A DNA stretch of 64,000 bases from the human T2T-CHM13v2.0 reference genome, Homo sapiens. The position numbers were made by a program, and so were the translations under genes. Location: NCBI RefSeq assembly GCF_009914755.1, contig NC_060930.1, one strand, 5' to 3'. The notes under the pieces are model-generated. The model ran no database searches, was not told where the DNA came from, and saw nothing but the letters and a program-made list of their open reading frames with translations. Positions 1-20,300 of the stretch are shown here, piece after piece; the stretch's first letter is position 1; each line of letters begins with the position of its first letter.

Positions 1-1109
1 TACACCCACTTGCATAAATCATTAAGACAGATGATACAAATGGATTTGACAGACCATGACCTACCAATTTTTTACTTGTCAACAAAGCTTAGAGTTAACT
101 GAAATAAAACCATTTCATTTAGTAGGTTACTGCCAAAATATAACAAATCTATACAAAGTTTTTCATAGTCAAGAATAATTTAAAAGACAAAATTACCAAA
201 ATATGAATGTGCTTATGATAAATAAGTGCTAGTAAACCCAGAATAATTACCAAAGCTAAAACTACACCATTAAAAATGATATAAGCATTTTAAATAACTT
301 GATTGTTTCTATTTTTAGTAGTTAATGGTTTGTATAGATACTTTAATCTCTTCTGTTCATGTTGTTTTTTCAGAAAATAAGTACTTAATCCTAATCAATG
401 TGAGATAAATTAAGGAACGCAGGTTATATTTCTTCTTTTAATGAAGGGCAAACTCCTCCAGATGTAAGCATAGCATCTATTTGCAGTACTGCCACATAAG
501 AAGTAAAAATAGCTTGGATTATTTTGGTATCAAGTAGGATTTGTAGATGAAGAATATTATCTAAATTGGATTTTCCATAGCTATGGCAGTTAATATTCTA
601 ACTGCTGCAGAAGTACCAAGAGAAATGCAAAGAATCAGAATCTTAGCAGTCATTCATCCATTCGACACCTACTAACTGCAAGGCACACTGCTGGATAATA
701 TGCAGTATGGAAAGTGAGGACATACACAACTTAAAAAATGGAAAGTCTCATAATAGGAGCAAAAATTATTGTTAGAAGAGTGCTTATGAGAAGTACAGAT
801 ATCACAACATCATTCCAGATTCACAGACTCTATGTTCTATTATTCAATTAAAAATGTTTTTAGCTTTATTGGCTTAAACAATAGCGACAGAGAACAAGTT
901 ATTTCAGGACCTATATAATAAAAAGATAAGTTTTCTGAGTTCAAAAAACATGGGAAAAGATTATGATTAAAATATATTCCTGCAACCACATGGAACGATC
1001 ATATTTCATTGTGTCCCATGTCTGAAATGATTCCAGGTCTCCATATGAAATTGTTAAGTTTTAAAAGCACTATGTGTAACCTCTAATTTTTAAATTTTTG
1101 AAGGCAGGA

Positions 1110-1480
1110 TAAAATTGTTCACCCAGTTAGGGAACTGGTTTACTACAATTGGTAATGATTGAATCATTCTTGTCCACCCTAATATTTCACGAGATTTTCT
1201 TTCTAGCACAGCTCTTCCTATTCTCTCTTATCAGTGCTTCCGGGGAGATTTGTCAAGGCCTTTATTAGTGTGTGGAAGAGACGCTAGTGTTCCTTGTTTC
1301 ACAGATATCTATTTCCTAGTACACACTGACTACTGATTTTGATAAAATGATAGGCTTTTATACAAACATAGAATTCCTTTTCTAAACACTTGTGCACCCT
1401 TAGGAAAATTTTTTTCTTATGATAATTGGATAAAATAACATAACATAAAGCTGGTCACCCTCTAATTTATTAACATAAAC
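1110..1480 (-). mobile_element. Highly decayed L3/CR1 LINE fragment
   Basis: Motifs resembling antisense L3 (tgttcacccagtta..., gagatttgtcaaggcctt); boundaries approximate. Confidence 0.35.
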
Positions 1481-3137
1481 ATTCTTAAATTCTACTTCTC
1501 AGAACTAATGTAAAAGTCACTTCCTTTCTGGCTGCTCTAGAGGTTAAAAAAAATTATGGCACTAATAGAGAAGTGAGGAAAGTTAAAATTAAAAAAAAGA
1601 AAAATTACTTCTTGAGAGTGGACTATATATTATATTTTTACTTATTTGCTTTTTTCTTTTATAAAACTCATTTCCTATCCTAGAACAATTCATTTTCAAG
1701 AGAAGAAAGTGCACGTATAAAACAAAATTTCATTCCGATGTCCCCAACTTAAAACTTTATTCCTGTTATTCCCATGTTAAAGGCACAAAATTTTCTGTAA
1801 AAACAGATAAATTCTGTTTTCCATTTTATTTTCATACATTCTATTTGAAACACAGAAAATCCCCTAGTAGTAGTTTAGAATTTATGCAGATTCTAGTTAA
1901 TCTTATGTTTCAAGTCTATGAAGCATATTCTAAAGCAATAATCATAACACTTAAAATACACTTGCATAACATTTTTGTTGAAGTGGGTATTAGGTATCAT
2001 ATGCACTGCAACATTCCTGGCAAGGGAGTGCATGTAATACTTTAAAATGAAACTTCCCTTTTTCACTTCAGCTCCTTTTCTTGATTAAGAAGCTGTAAAT
2101 GTATCTTGCCTCTTTTCACAAATGAAAATGTGTTCAAACGTAATTAATCTACCCTATTAACTCTACAAAACATCTGCTATATTTGTTAAACACTTCAAAC
2201 TTCTGTTCTGAACCAGTTAATTCTAAGTAATTTCTCAGTTAAATATTTACATGGGCTTCCATGATGATAAGCTCTAGCTTGTCTTAAATAATCAGCAGAT
2301 TGTCCAGAGAGAGCTGTGTGAAATGTAACACATTGTAATAGCTATCCACTGGAACTTAAAATGGTTAGCTGGCTTGGACTATTTTTTGCTTATTTTTATC
2401 TTAGCCAAAAGAGGTAACAGCCTTATGAATTCCATTCTTTGTCAATATTTTTAATGTCCAGAATTGTGTTAAACGGAAAATGAATACCTATGTAGACCTA
2501 TGCAGATGTTTACCTTGTGAAAATGCTAAATCCAATCTCAAATGTCTCTTTCAGAAAAGTGATAAATCTGTATGTGTGCAAAATTTTAGAAATAACTCAA
2601 TTTACAGTTATTTTTATAGCAGACTAAGTAAATTAAAAAGTAGAAAACATTGATAGGCATTTTTCATCAGCAAATTAAATTGAAGAAGAAAAAAAATCCA
2701 CAGGCTATGCAAATGTGTGGTGTGTACAAAGATAATTAAGACTATGATTCTCTAACTGCACAAATTATATAAATCTGTAAAATATCAGGTTTTGGTCAAA
2801 AATTGGAATAAGTTCCACAACAGAGATGCTGTTACAATGGTAAATGATTAATTTGTAAATGAACTATAAGGCAATTTTTCTCATAGACATCAGAGAATAG
2901 AATGATCACTTCAGACTGAGGAAGACAGACAAGATTGAAAGTTCTCCAATGTGGTAATTAAGTCCAAGTTTTGAAAATAAAAATGATTATATAAAGAGCA
3001 GATGCCAGTTCTCCAACACCAACACTCAGTATTGTTCTAACTAGGTGTTTTCTTCTTTACAATATGCCAAATGTTTATTGAGTTCCTTCTATAAGTATTG
3101 TAGAGGTTAGAAAAAAATGAGCCTGTATCCTCTACAG

Positions 3138-3663
3138 CAGGGGTCCCCAACCCCCGGGAAAAGGACCAGTACCAGTTCGCAGCCTGTTAGGAACCGGACC
3201 ACATAGCAGGAGGTGAGTGGTGGGCAAGTGAGCAAGCTTCATCTGTATCTACAGCCACTCCCCATTGCTCACGTTACTGCCTGAGCTCCACCTCCTGTCA
3301 GATCAGTGGCTGCATTAGATTCTCATAAGAGCATGAACCCTATTGTGAACTGTGCACATGAGGGATCTAGGTTGCGTGCTGCTTATGAGAATCTACTGCC
3401 TGATGATCTGTCACTGTCTCCCATCACCCCTAGAAGGGACCGTCTAGTTGCAGGAAAACAAGCTCAGGACTCTCACTGATTCCACATTACGGTGAGTGTA
3501 TAATTATTTCATTATATATTACAGTGTAATAATAATAGAAATAAAGTGCACAAAAAAATATAATGTGCTTGAATCATCCTGAAACCATGCCCCCATCAGG
3601 GTTCATGGAAAAATTGTCTTCCACAAAACTTGTCCTTGGTGCTGAAAAGGTTGGGGACCGATG
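3138..3663 (+). mobile_element. MER1A (hAT-Charlie non-autonomous DNA transposon), full length
   Basis: TIRs CAGGGGTCCCCAACC ... GGTTGGGGACCGATG, 526 bp, near-perfect 8-bp TSD CTCTACAG (3130-3137) / CTCTAGAG (3664-3671). Confidence 0.9.
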
Positions 3664-5161
3664 CTCTAGAGCTCACGGTCAACTAAAAGGATAAATGAAG
3701 CACACACATAATGACCTTTACAAAACCAGAATAAGGAAGAACTGTGGGAGGGATTCTGAGACAAATGCTGAGCTCTATCCAAGTTCAATTTACATAAACT
3801 GGAGGTTAAGTATGTCTGTAATTTTCATAATAAGTGATCGATAAATCCACTGTTTGACTTTACTAAACGGGAGGAACAGTGTCCTGGATCATTATAAATA
3901 ATCCTCCCAGAATTTTAATTTGTTAGTTTGGGAATAGATATTATTTTTCTACAGTTGATTGATCTGTGTTTTACTAATGATAATATTAAAATTATTTTTG
4001 CTTTGTCAATTTCAACTAATGTTCAATACTCTTCTCAAAATGTTCTGAAGATTAGGAGAGCATGGCTAGAATTACAAATTGGTCTTGGATCATTCAAAGA
4101 GTGAATGATTCATCAAGGATTAAAAAAGAATTTCCTCAACTTCTAATCAAACCCATAGCTGGGTCCTAGACTTAGCAAAAGTGTGGAGGAGGAGATCAGA
4201 GTCATGGTAACATCTAGGAGGCCCGTAAGTGATTTATGTATGTGAGTTTGTACCATATCTTAGTACTTGAGTCTCGCATACAAAAGATTATCATAAATAT
4301 TTTTTGCGTTTGTTAAATACATTCCAAATCAAATATTATATCCTTGCATTAGGTAGACTTTGCTACATAATTTCTTTAAATAGTAAAGGGAGTAGATTTT
4401 TGATTATATGTGTCTCAGAATTAAGTGAACTCCCTGATGTGTATGTTTTAGTAACTCATGTTTAAAAACACTGAATGAGCTGTCAGCATTTGGATGAATA
4501 TCAAAAATGTTATATATTAGTTTGACTATTCATGAAATTATAATAGTTTTCCTAAGGATAAGAGAGAAGAGTTTAATCTAGAGCCAAGATCGTGTCAGGC
4601 TTATAAAAAAATGACACAACCTCCCTGCAATTATATTGTAATTAATACTTGTTATATTTGAATTTCAAAATTTGTTTTTCTTATAAACACTAGGAATTTG
4701 CCATTTTAAAGTTGGCCTAATTATCCAACATTACTTGATTATATATCATTTGGCAGGTTTTGTTGTTTTTTTGTTTTTAACTACAAACAGAACTGATTAG
4801 TTTTTTTCCCTTTTTTTTCCTACCTAAATCAATAAAACATAGACTCCATATGCCCCTGTAACATTAAATTGCTCCCAAAGTAGATAAAAGAAATGAGAGT
4901 GATAAATACATAAATTTCATTCAACTGTTGTGGAGAAGGAGTAACAAAGATTTGGGGGAACAGTGAGAACTGATGACATATGCAGAATTTTTTGTACTAA
5001 CACTTTAAAAAAATTAGTTACAATAATTTATACTGAACTCTGAGAATATTAATCAAATGAAAGCCATCTGATTTAAAAATTAAAATACGTATATTACTTT
5101 TTTATTCAAAATAAAATTAGATGGTGAAATTAAGCATGTATGACATTCATGAAAATTTAGT

Positions 5162-9378
<4,217 letters not shown>

Positions 9379-9929
9379 GAAAATTTAGTTTATATGAAAA
9401 AAATTAAAAATGAATATATACATAATAAGTAACTATGGATCATGATAAGTACATCTGGCCTTTTAGTTTCAACGTAGCCATCACTTTTTAGAAAAAGGTC
9501 ATATTATAAAAATGAATGTTAATTATTTTTAAATTAGATAACAAAAGAATTTCTTCTGGAATAAGGGGAATAAATTTACATTTATTTGCATTTGTATTAT
9601 CAGATTTTTCATTTATTTCAAACCATTTAAGGCATTTAATAGATGATGGGTGAATTATAAATATTTGGAAAACTTTTTGAAAATTACTGCCTTTATCCAA
9701 AAACTTTTATTGGAGTGGATGAGTTCCCCATGTGAATTGTCATTTGGCCAGTAACAGGCACATACCGTGATGAATAAAATATAGATTCTGTTATAGATTA
9801 GAGCCTGGTGAGAGTAACAAATCATTACATGAATAATCACTTAAATGAATTAGTGGTAAGTACTTGAGAGAAAAAGTGCAAGGCACTAGGAGACTGAAAC
9901 AAGGCATTGTCTCCAAGTGGTACATCAGG

Positions 9930-10480
9930 GAAGATCAAGCCTGGTTTTCTTAAGATCAGTTTGGCTGTGATGTGAATGGATGGAGGAATGTGTAGCTTCA
10001 ACTAGGAAGCTCTTACAGATGAGCAAGAATATGGGAGCAGCAGGAGTGGAGAGAAATGGATGAATCCAAACGTATCTTGTAGATAAAGCCAACAAGATTT
10101 TGTAACTGTATGTGAGAGAGAAGTTTAAGAGAGTTGAATGTGGAGAATGAGTTCTAGATTTCTGGCATGAGCATGAAGAGAGTGTGGTATGGATTTATTG
10201 ATTTGGGGCATGGTGGAAGAGGATCCAGTTCTGGAGGGAGGATCCTGAGTTCAGCATTTGATGGGGTAAACTGTGGATGCCTGTGAGGTAGCAGTGGTTC
10301 CATCAAGCACGTCGTGGGTCTGAATGCAGCTCAGAGATAAACTGGAGTTGTAGATCTGGGAATTGCTGGTCTAGAGAATCCAAAGCCCACAGATGTGTGA
10401 GATCAATGTGAGAGAATGTGGACTGAGAAGAAAATGAGACAAAAATCTCCCGCATTTAATGGTTGATTAGGGAAGAAAGA
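9930..10480 (-). mobile_element. L2 LINE fragment
   Basis: Purine-rich antisense L2 motifs (gagttcagcatttg..ggatgcctgtgagg). Confidence 0.55.
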
Positions 10481-11183
10481 AGCAGCAGGAAAGAAGTAGT
10501 CATAACTGCTGAAGTTTTTTTTGAATGGCAATATCATCATTTTTAATTTCATGTGGAGTAAGAATTTCTGTCTAAAATAAGAATCAGGAGACTTGACTTT
10601 CAGATTAATACCTGGGATTTCCTAGGACTTTGTTATGATCTGAAAAAAAAAGAATGTTTATTTTCCCTACCACTTTATATTATTACAAGAAAGCAGTAAA
10701 TAATATTTTTAATATTAAAAGTTCAATGTTATGAGTAGGCATGTTTGAAGCCAACACCATAATCATGCATTTCCTTAGAATATACTTTAAAAGCTACTCT
10801 CAACCAAAAATATAATTTTATTTATAGAGTTTAAATGTATAAAGAGGTATCTTTTTCTGCTTGCAAATATTGTTACCACTTATTTATGGTGGTTTGTTGA
10901 AACATGGTTCCAATCATATGAGATTCTTCACTGGCGGTGAACATTTGGTCTCACACCTGGTGTGGGTCTGCCTTTTTTTCTTTCTGGAGTTAGCTACAAA
11001 GAAGCCAGTCAAAGAAGGGCAATTCATCATTATTAATATATTATATAGTTCAACCTTGAAAGAGCTCAAATTACTTTAAAAGTTTGTTTTAATCAACAAA
11101 ATAATTATTAATTTTCACAACATTCTTTGTGAGGCAGGTGTACTTGAAACAGTGTATTAACATGTGTCTCTTTTTCCTCATAG

Positions 11184-11237
11184 GGTTCCCTGGGGATACA
11201 AGGCCCCCAAGGTCCACCTGGAAAAGAGGGTCAGAGG
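11184..11237 (+). CDS. COL19A1: Collagen exon (54 bp, phase 0/0), GSLGIQGPQGPPGKEGQR; collagen alpha-1(XIX)
   Basis: Polypyrimidine tract and TAG acceptor (tctctttttcctcatag, AG at 11182-11183), 18 codons with Gly at every third position, GTAAGT donor at 11238. 54 bp is the canonical collagen exon size. Gene identity is from recall of the COL19A1 peptide. Confidence 0.92.
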
Positions 11238-12179
11238 GTAAGTAAAGCTGGAACAACTGGTGGGCATTACTAACTTAGGGGATACTTATTTGGGAACACT
11301 AATGAAAATGAAACCGAAATAGAGCAAGCAGATGGGCATATGGAGAGTATCAATTATCCAAAGGCTGAAATTTGAGATTCGAGATTTTGACAGAGGTTTT
11401 GCAATTCAGAAAATTCTATATTTTTCAAGATTGGCAGCACAAGTGTAGAGATATTGTTTGGATAAAATGAATTAGCCCTAATTTGATCTACACTACTTTG
11501 GTCATACTTTTAGTTTTTGAATTAAGTTGATGAGTATCTTTGTGGAGGTCTAGCCTATTTATTAATTCCATAAAGGTTGTGGATATTAACTACATTCTTT
11601 ATCCAAATTAAATTATTGACTTCACTGGCTTTTCATAACTCTCCTTTCATTGCCATTTATTGCCTTTAACTGAGACAAAATAGTAAGCAAATAAATCATC
11701 GTTGGAATTGGTAGTAGAGCAATAACCTCCTATTTCTAGTGCAGTTCAATTTCATCATTCCACAGTAAAACGAAGCCCTGCAGTGTTATGACAACTGGTC
11801 AGCTTCATATGAGCAGTGGGGACCCCATTCTTGTGTTTTACTGTTATTATTATCATTTTCAAACCATTTTAAAGTCTCAAAAAATCTTGTGTGTTCTTTC
11901 TCATGTGCTTATTTATGGCAGTCTTTGTACTAAATAGTACAGGTACTGTCAACTTCTGTTCCCTTGTTGATGAGCATTCCATGACTTAGAGTTTAGATGA
12001 TGTGCCTAAACTTGAGCTTCTGACTGTAGTCCTACGTTCTCTTTTATTATTAACCCCAAATATGTTTCTTAGACATTCTCATTTATTATTCCCAGTTCTG
12101 CCTTCTGTAAAATAAGTCTCTTTCCTCAACTACAAATATTTGAGGGTCAGTGGTGTATTGTACTAAGGTTTACCTTTTA

Positions 12180-12930
12180 TCAAGTTAATAAAATTCCAAT
12201 TCTCTTAACTTGTTCTCTTATCGTATGGATTCTGGACTCTCCAACATGCCAATAATCTTTGTCAGAAAACACTCATTGGCTTTCCAGAGTTGTCGAGAAT
12301 GAGACTGGATACATGTGGTCTTACTTAGGGCAGAGTAAAATGAGGCAAGTACGCCCCATACCACAGACAACATGCTACTATTATGGCCTAAGATTGAGCC
12401 AATGCTCCTTTGTCTGGTATTGTACTTTTGACTTGTACTACATGTGGTCAATTAAATGCTCCTCCCTTTTTATTTTAATGAAAACTGCTAAGTCAGGTCT
12501 TCACCCAGCCCGTTGTTGTACAGTTACCTTTTTGAATCACAGAGTAGGAACTGATCCTTGTTGTTAAATTTCATCTTTATTGATTTTAATCCCTAATAGC
12601 ATTCTATTCTTTGGGGGCTTTTTGCTTTTAAAAAATGATTTGAATCCTGTTTTCCAGTGAAATATCCCTCAGCCTTATGCTACTTTAAAATTTGATAAGC
12701 CTACCTTCTGTCTTCATTTAAATCGTTAATAAATCCTGAACAGAACAGGGCCTGACAACCCTGTGTAACACCAGCCTAGGCTACCATCTTTTCCACCATT
12801 GATGTCCTTAAAGTGTGACAATCAAATCATGTACAAATGTATTTGAACCCTACCACCTTCCCACCCACATTTCTTGATTTGGCTTGTAAGATAATTATGA
12901 CAGACTTGTTAGATACTGGGTGAACTGAAA
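12180..12930 (-). mobile_element. L3/CR1 LINE fragment
   Basis: tgaacagaacagggcc..accctgtg..cccacatttct..gacagacttgttagat resembles the antisense L3 RT region. Confidence 0.55.
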
Positions 12931-15689
12931 AAATATTTAAATGAGGCTTTTTAGAAATAATAATGCTTCAAATTAAAATTGTACCCTATCAAAGCTTGCA
13001 TTTCATAAGAAAGTAGATTAAAGAATAAATTAAACATGTATTTTCCATGATAATAAAGAAGGAAATCAGTTAAATTGTAAAGTTCAACCACTATTTTATG
13101 TAAATTTACTCCATTTATAAATGCGTATAGTCCAGATAATTTTATATTACTTTTATCTTCTATCAAGAGTAACATAATGTCAGAAACTAAAAAATGTAAT
13201 AGAACTTATAGACACTTTTAGGCATAGTTCGTCATTATTGCTACTGCTCTTTCCCAAATGCCCTATTTATCAAAAGAAGTAGCTAGAGCAGGTATTATTG
13301 ACATTATCCACATTTACAAATAATTATATGCATTTGGATTATATCCATATATGCTCAGTGATTTATTCTACTTTATAAGCTACTTGAATGGGAAACAAAT
13401 GAATTTTAAAAATGAGCGTTCTTACATATTTACATTTAGGTCCAACTGAGTGCCACCATTTCTTCTCAGCTCAATAGTTAAGGAGTACTCAGCTCTTTCA
13501 GACATATAAATGTATTTGTACATGTATGCCTGTGTATATACATATGTGTGTATACATACAGATGCACATTCTGAAAGCTAAGACCAATAATTTTTCTATT
13601 TCACTAAAGTTTGCAGTAGAAAACAATAGTGAGAAAAATCTAGGAATTTAAAATCATTTTTATTTACCCAATGTTAAAAACCTCTTGTATTTTAATTGAG
13701 TGGTTGACCAAGAAGGTATTGACTATCATTAAGGCTATTTAAATGAAACATAAAATATGTGAAGTTTTATGTACTTTATTCCTAGACATAATGACTTTAA
13801 TTAAAGCAGAACATTTAATTTTAAACAAATCATTAACTTGTTGGTTTTCATCAATGATTAAATACGTAGTAGCTACTACTCTACCAATATCTCACAATTA
13901 TGGTGAGTTTCAAACATGGGTGTCACATTTAAACATGCTTTGAAAAATATCAAACATTATAGAAACATGTTAATATTGCTATTATTATTATGAAAGACAT
14001 AGGATTCTGATCAATGAATTCTTTTTCTTTTTCTCTTTAACTCTTTGTGTAGTTTCCTATAAGCATAATAGCAACACTATTTTTGCAAGTACCACGCCAA
14101 GGTTCTGTTTGAAATTTTGATTAGTTGATTTTATTTTTTTAATTATCATTTAAGCTGCTAAATCTTAGTTTATAAAGTGTTCATTTAATAAAATGTAGAA
14201 GTAATGTGCTTCTTACACTTAAAAGCTATTCTTAACAATGTTCTGTGACAATATGTATCTGAAATTTATGGGCTGTTTTATTTCTCAACTTCCTGATTTT
14301 CATTTTTTGGATCTTTTATATGCCATTATTTATTTATTTACTTTGTCTTCTTGAAGCCCTGCAAGCAAAATATTTGGTTGACATATTTTTTAGTCTTACA
14401 TCCTTTATGGATTCACACAGTTTTTAGAATTCAATGAATGTTGAATATTGATCCTAAGCTACAGATGAGAATGTTTCAGATCACGATGAGGGAGAACAGA
14501 ATGGCATTGGGGGTTGGGGGCCTTCCTGGAAGTTAAGAGGGGGTTTAATCCATCATGAGGCAGAAAAAGGCCGTACAGAACCAAGAAGTCAACAGAAGAG
14601 CGGTTCTAGATTCTTGAAGGGTTCAGCAGAATTAAAATTTGGAACAAAGTAAGTGGAGGGATGCTGGATAAGAGAAGTGGCTGGAATTGGTGCCAGGGGA
14701 GAGAAGTTCGGTTGAGTAGTGAGGAGGGCACTGGAAACAAAAATCTCAAGAAAATGTGTAAGGAAATTAGGGCATGAGTTGTGAGGTAGGAGAGGCAAAC
14801 AATGGAGATTGTGGTGGAGGGAAAAGGACAGGAACTGGATGGAAACCCAGAGAAGTATCTTTGTGAAAAGTGGAATATTTCAGGTAGCAGATCATGTTCA
14901 TGGATATTAATGAGAAACATTGCAAAAGAACTGGCATTATAAAAATTCCATTTAAGATGTAGGTTCCTTGCAGGATTTCTTAGTATTCCTAACAAACAGA
15001 CTCTCCCCAAAAATAATGAAAACAATAATTTTTATGTAACCTTGAATTTTCATTTTATAGTCACATTAAATGCACATCTGAATAATCTCAAGGTTAGCGT
15101 GAAGCTACCCTGGTCTTTTTAAAAGAAGTTCCTCTAGGTCTCTGAAAAAAGACATTTACTGGTGAATCAACTAGTTACTGCCGCAAACAGAAGTTTGTGT
15201 GGTTGGACCAAGATGACACCTCACTCTTGCACTCTGTTGCTGGATCCTAATTTTGATCCTGAACAGAAACTTTATGTTTTAAATTCCCTGTAACTTACCC
15301 CTCTATCCTGCCCTGTCTTGCTCTCAATTTATCCTCTCTGCCTGTGCCTGTCCTTTTTCCCCTCTCTGGGCAACCATCCTCTTGATTGCCTCCTTGCAAC
15401 ATTTTTGTGCAGGTTTTACTTTCCCTTGAAGTGCTTGCTCCAAGCTGGCTTTGAAGCTGTGTCTGGAGTCAGGATTCCTTGCATTCTAAACAGCACAGAG
15501 AACATCAACCTACCTACCCCTGCCCCCGTCAAGATGTGTTTCTTTGCACCAGCCCACACTTGATGGCAAAGGGGCTGGGTCACATTTCCTCCATGAGCTG
15601 GGAGCCTACAAAAGTACAGGAGGGCAGGGCAAGCAACATGTCCACTTTCATCTTATGGTGCAAGCAACTTGGAATTTAGCATACAGGTT

Positions 15690-16200
<511 letters not shown>

Positions 16201-16980
16201 CCATGTCGGTGTTAGCCTAGTGATCTCAAGATGTTTATAGAAGGGAATGTAGGTATACAGCTTCAGAATATTAGTACTTGATTAAGGAGAATGTCTAATT
16301 GATCAAGAAAAAATATTTAAGATAAAATGACTTTTTTCACTACTACTCTGTTGAATCTATTTTATTTAAATTTTACCTGAATCTTACTTTACCTAGATGT
16401 CCATGCCCATTTTCTAATGCCCCAGAAGCTTGAGGCCCAGTGTTGATCTAACTTGATAATAAAATTAAGTATGTAAAAATGTCTGCAAGGTAGAGTAGAC
16501 TATTGCCTTTTCCTTAAAGAAAGATATGAAGATTGGTGTCATCACTGTGGAGTAGCTGAGACCTCAAAATTTGTTTGATGAACAAATTGTGCTGATCATG
16601 TGTAAATTTACTGGGATTTTCATGTAAAATTTACACTTGGTTTTTCTTTTGGTTTGATTCTGAACTGGTTGATATACTTTACCTAAGACAGCACAAGTAA
16701 TGAATTATGTTATTAATAAGTACTGGGGTATATTGATCTCATTAGGTAAAAGGACATCAAAGTCATTGCTTCTATGAAATCAACACATACAACAGGACTC
16801 ACTTAAGCAAAATTTTCCTTAAGCTTATTTGTTTTTACAGGGCTTGGGATATTTTTCAAGTGAAATTGTGCCCTCATAGTCTAGCCATGCTCTATGAAAA
16901 CTTTGTAGAACACAGCAAGACAGTAATGCAGGTCAGACCTGCCTCACAGTAAAGTAAAAAAATAATAATAATAGTGTTTC

Positions 16981-17302
<322 letters not shown>

Positions 17303-20300
17303 TTACTTTAAGATAGCTTATTCCAAGTTACCAACTTCACAGCTACAAAGTGATCTCATTGTTCCAATGAAATGATTTCAGGGTCTGGTAGAAACCACTA
17401 ACAATTGTCTGCAGTTGCACATCCTTACACAGGCTTGAATTTTAGAGAGGAGTCTTATAGAGAAAAGAATGGATAATTATGAATTTATAGGAAGTAATTT
17501 TGTTAGTTTCACATTATAACAGGTGATATGATTGTCTTCTTATCTTTATGTGTCAAAACTGACAATGACCTTTAAAATGCACGATGAGTGTTTCATAATT
17601 CTGCTCTCACTAAAACGATGACTGGTGTCCTTCCACCAGGAATTTGTATTACTAGCAAGAAAAAGTCAAAAATTACTTTAAATAATAGTTTTAACTCTGG
17701 TCGTAGGTAGAAAAAAAGCATCTTTTTTGCTTGGATTCATCTATAAATATAAACGTATACCTTAAAAATAACACGTTAAATGTTCTGTATTCTACAACTA
17801 TTGGTTCATGCTTATTACTTGTTAGAAAATTCTTGGCATACAGATAACATCGTATTTTATTTACTTGCTATGACATTTCTTCAGAATGTCTCCATGAGGA
17901 TTATCTTGGGAGTTTGCAAGAGATACCATCCTTAATTCTGTCTGACATTTCTAGATGAATAACAGGGAAATTGGGTACCCTATTCAGGTCCAAGCAACAA
18001 GTGCAGAGCTTTCTCCAACACATTGTTTGAATTTACAAAACCAAATATGAAACTCGGTGGATAAAAATAAGCAAATCTGCATTTATCCCTGCATCTCTGT
18101 TTGCAGAGCTCCATGGTGGACTTTGGCCGCTTGGTGTCTCCTAAAATTGGATCAAATATAGTTACTGAAGCAATGTAGTAAGACAGGAAAAAGGGGGAAA
18201 GGCTAATATATGTTCATGTCAAACAAATGCCTTCAAGGGCGTAGTTGTGCAGCGAGGATAGTCCTTTACTTTTGCCTCATATTCTCTTACTGGTGGGAAA
18301 GATAAATCAAGGAAAAAGATGTTGGAAAACAACTTCTAGCACAGGCTAATTAAAATCAGATGAACAAGAGATGTAGCCCAGACTTTGTGATCACAGGCCA
18401 TCCCTTAGATAAGGTTAAACAGCACAGCTAGTTACTGACAGTGTGCCTGTGTCTCCTTGTGGTAAATTTCACTCTAACTAGTGGTCTCTGCAGTGCACTT
18501 GAGATAGAAGAGACAAAACGCCCTGGAAAGGCTGTCAATGAGAAAAAAAAAAATTGTAAGCAATGATTTTGTTCCAATAATACTTATATCAATAGTAAAG
18601 CAACAGTGAGCTGAGGTCCTTACATTCACTTAAATGAAGAGCTGAATGACATTATTTGTATTGTAACAAAATAACATAATAAGTTTTCTCTTTTATATGG
18701 ATTAGTAAAGGAAAAATGTTTTGTATTTTCAAATAGGACCCTGAGTCTGAATGGTTTATTTATTTATGTGAATAGACCCAAGAGCTGTTCTCTGATGTGG
18801 AAGAGGCACATCATCTAATGGGGACTCCTTCAAACTGGAGAGATTCAGCCTCTGAGCCGAGTGGCTGAGAGCTTCAGAAAGAAGCCTGGAGAGGTGAGGG
18901 TGGACCCATTTCAGGAACATCAAATCATCACATTTTCTAGCTAAAGGGGTACTATAGTATCATTCCAGCCCACCAAATAAGAAAACAGAGACCCAGAAAA
19001 CATTGGCAATTCTCCAAGGCTGCAGGGCTATTTATTCTAACTGTTCTGCATAATATACACCCATTGTCTATTTTGTGGTATCACACTGAAACCCAGATTT
19101 GCATGTTTTAAAATAGGGATATTGAGAATTTAACCAAATCACTAACTTTTAAAAAAGTTACTTAAAAATCACTAACTTAATTTTTCTAATTAAAGCCACA
19201 CACTAGAAGGGACAAATATAGGTAGGTACAGCTGATCCCTTTATGGTCTCCACACATTGTGATGAGCACACATTCTGTCCCTATAACCTGCACCAACATT
19301 TGGGAACCAGCAATGCCTGGCCAGTGAGGGACCAGGGGGAGAGTCAGAACTGCTCTTTTTTTCTCAGGAGAGCAATTGGATCAATTTGTGACTTCAGCCA
19401 AATCACTCAAGACTCTAGTCTAAATTTATCTGTTTTATCATAACTTAGCCCTCAGGTATATTATGGGATTAAGCCGGAAGCACTTTAAATGCACTCTGGT
19501 GACAGGTGTTCTATGAAGGAGTCTTATAAATATTACCTACTTAGCCACAGAAACACTTAAAGAGAATGGAAAAGGAGAAGGCACATTCTGCCAAAGTGGC
19601 GATATGCTAATACACCTGCATCAGGATCTTTATTCAGAACATTACACTGAACACGTTAGTAACTATTTCATATGTTTACCATTGGAAATGTCAAGTAGAA
19701 AGTTATTTATCCATTTGGGATGGAGCGAATATATGTGTGGATGGCTGCCAAAACCAAGAATTAATCACAAGTTATTAATCAATTTGGAAAATATAAACAG
19801 ATAAATTTTCAGAAATGCAAAACATTCGGAGCATGAAACATTTTTATGGCCTAATGACTTTGAAAGCCAGCAAATTATGTTTCCAATAAATAAGCCCTCA
19901 ACTTTGTAAAACTCTATAGTATTTTGAGTTACCTTAGGTAATGGCACATAATTCTCAAAGCAACTTTAATTTTATAGCACTTTTGTTTTTCTTATACATT
20001 ATATTTTAATTATCAAGAGAGAAGCTATTGCAAAGTAAATGTGATGCCATAATTCTTTAAAAAGTTGAAAATTTATCTTTTATATGATGTACGTAGATTG
20101 TACTGTGTTTTTATTTCTAAATTTCTTGGAATGGTAGTATTGAGAGTCGCTCTTGAATTCTTCAGAAATACCTTAGAAACTACTTTTTCTCATTTTCCTC
20201 AAAACCAGTAAACTTTTACTTGGACTTTTTTTGTGTGAATTATTGTAGATTAATTTGATATTTATTTGATATCTCTAATATGTCCAACACAAACATATAC

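Noticed and set aside
16597-16640. Imperfect hairpin catgtgtaaattt..aaatttacacttg as a miRNA or MITE
   Set aside because: The stem is short and AT-rich, too small for a pre-miRNA, and has no TSD.
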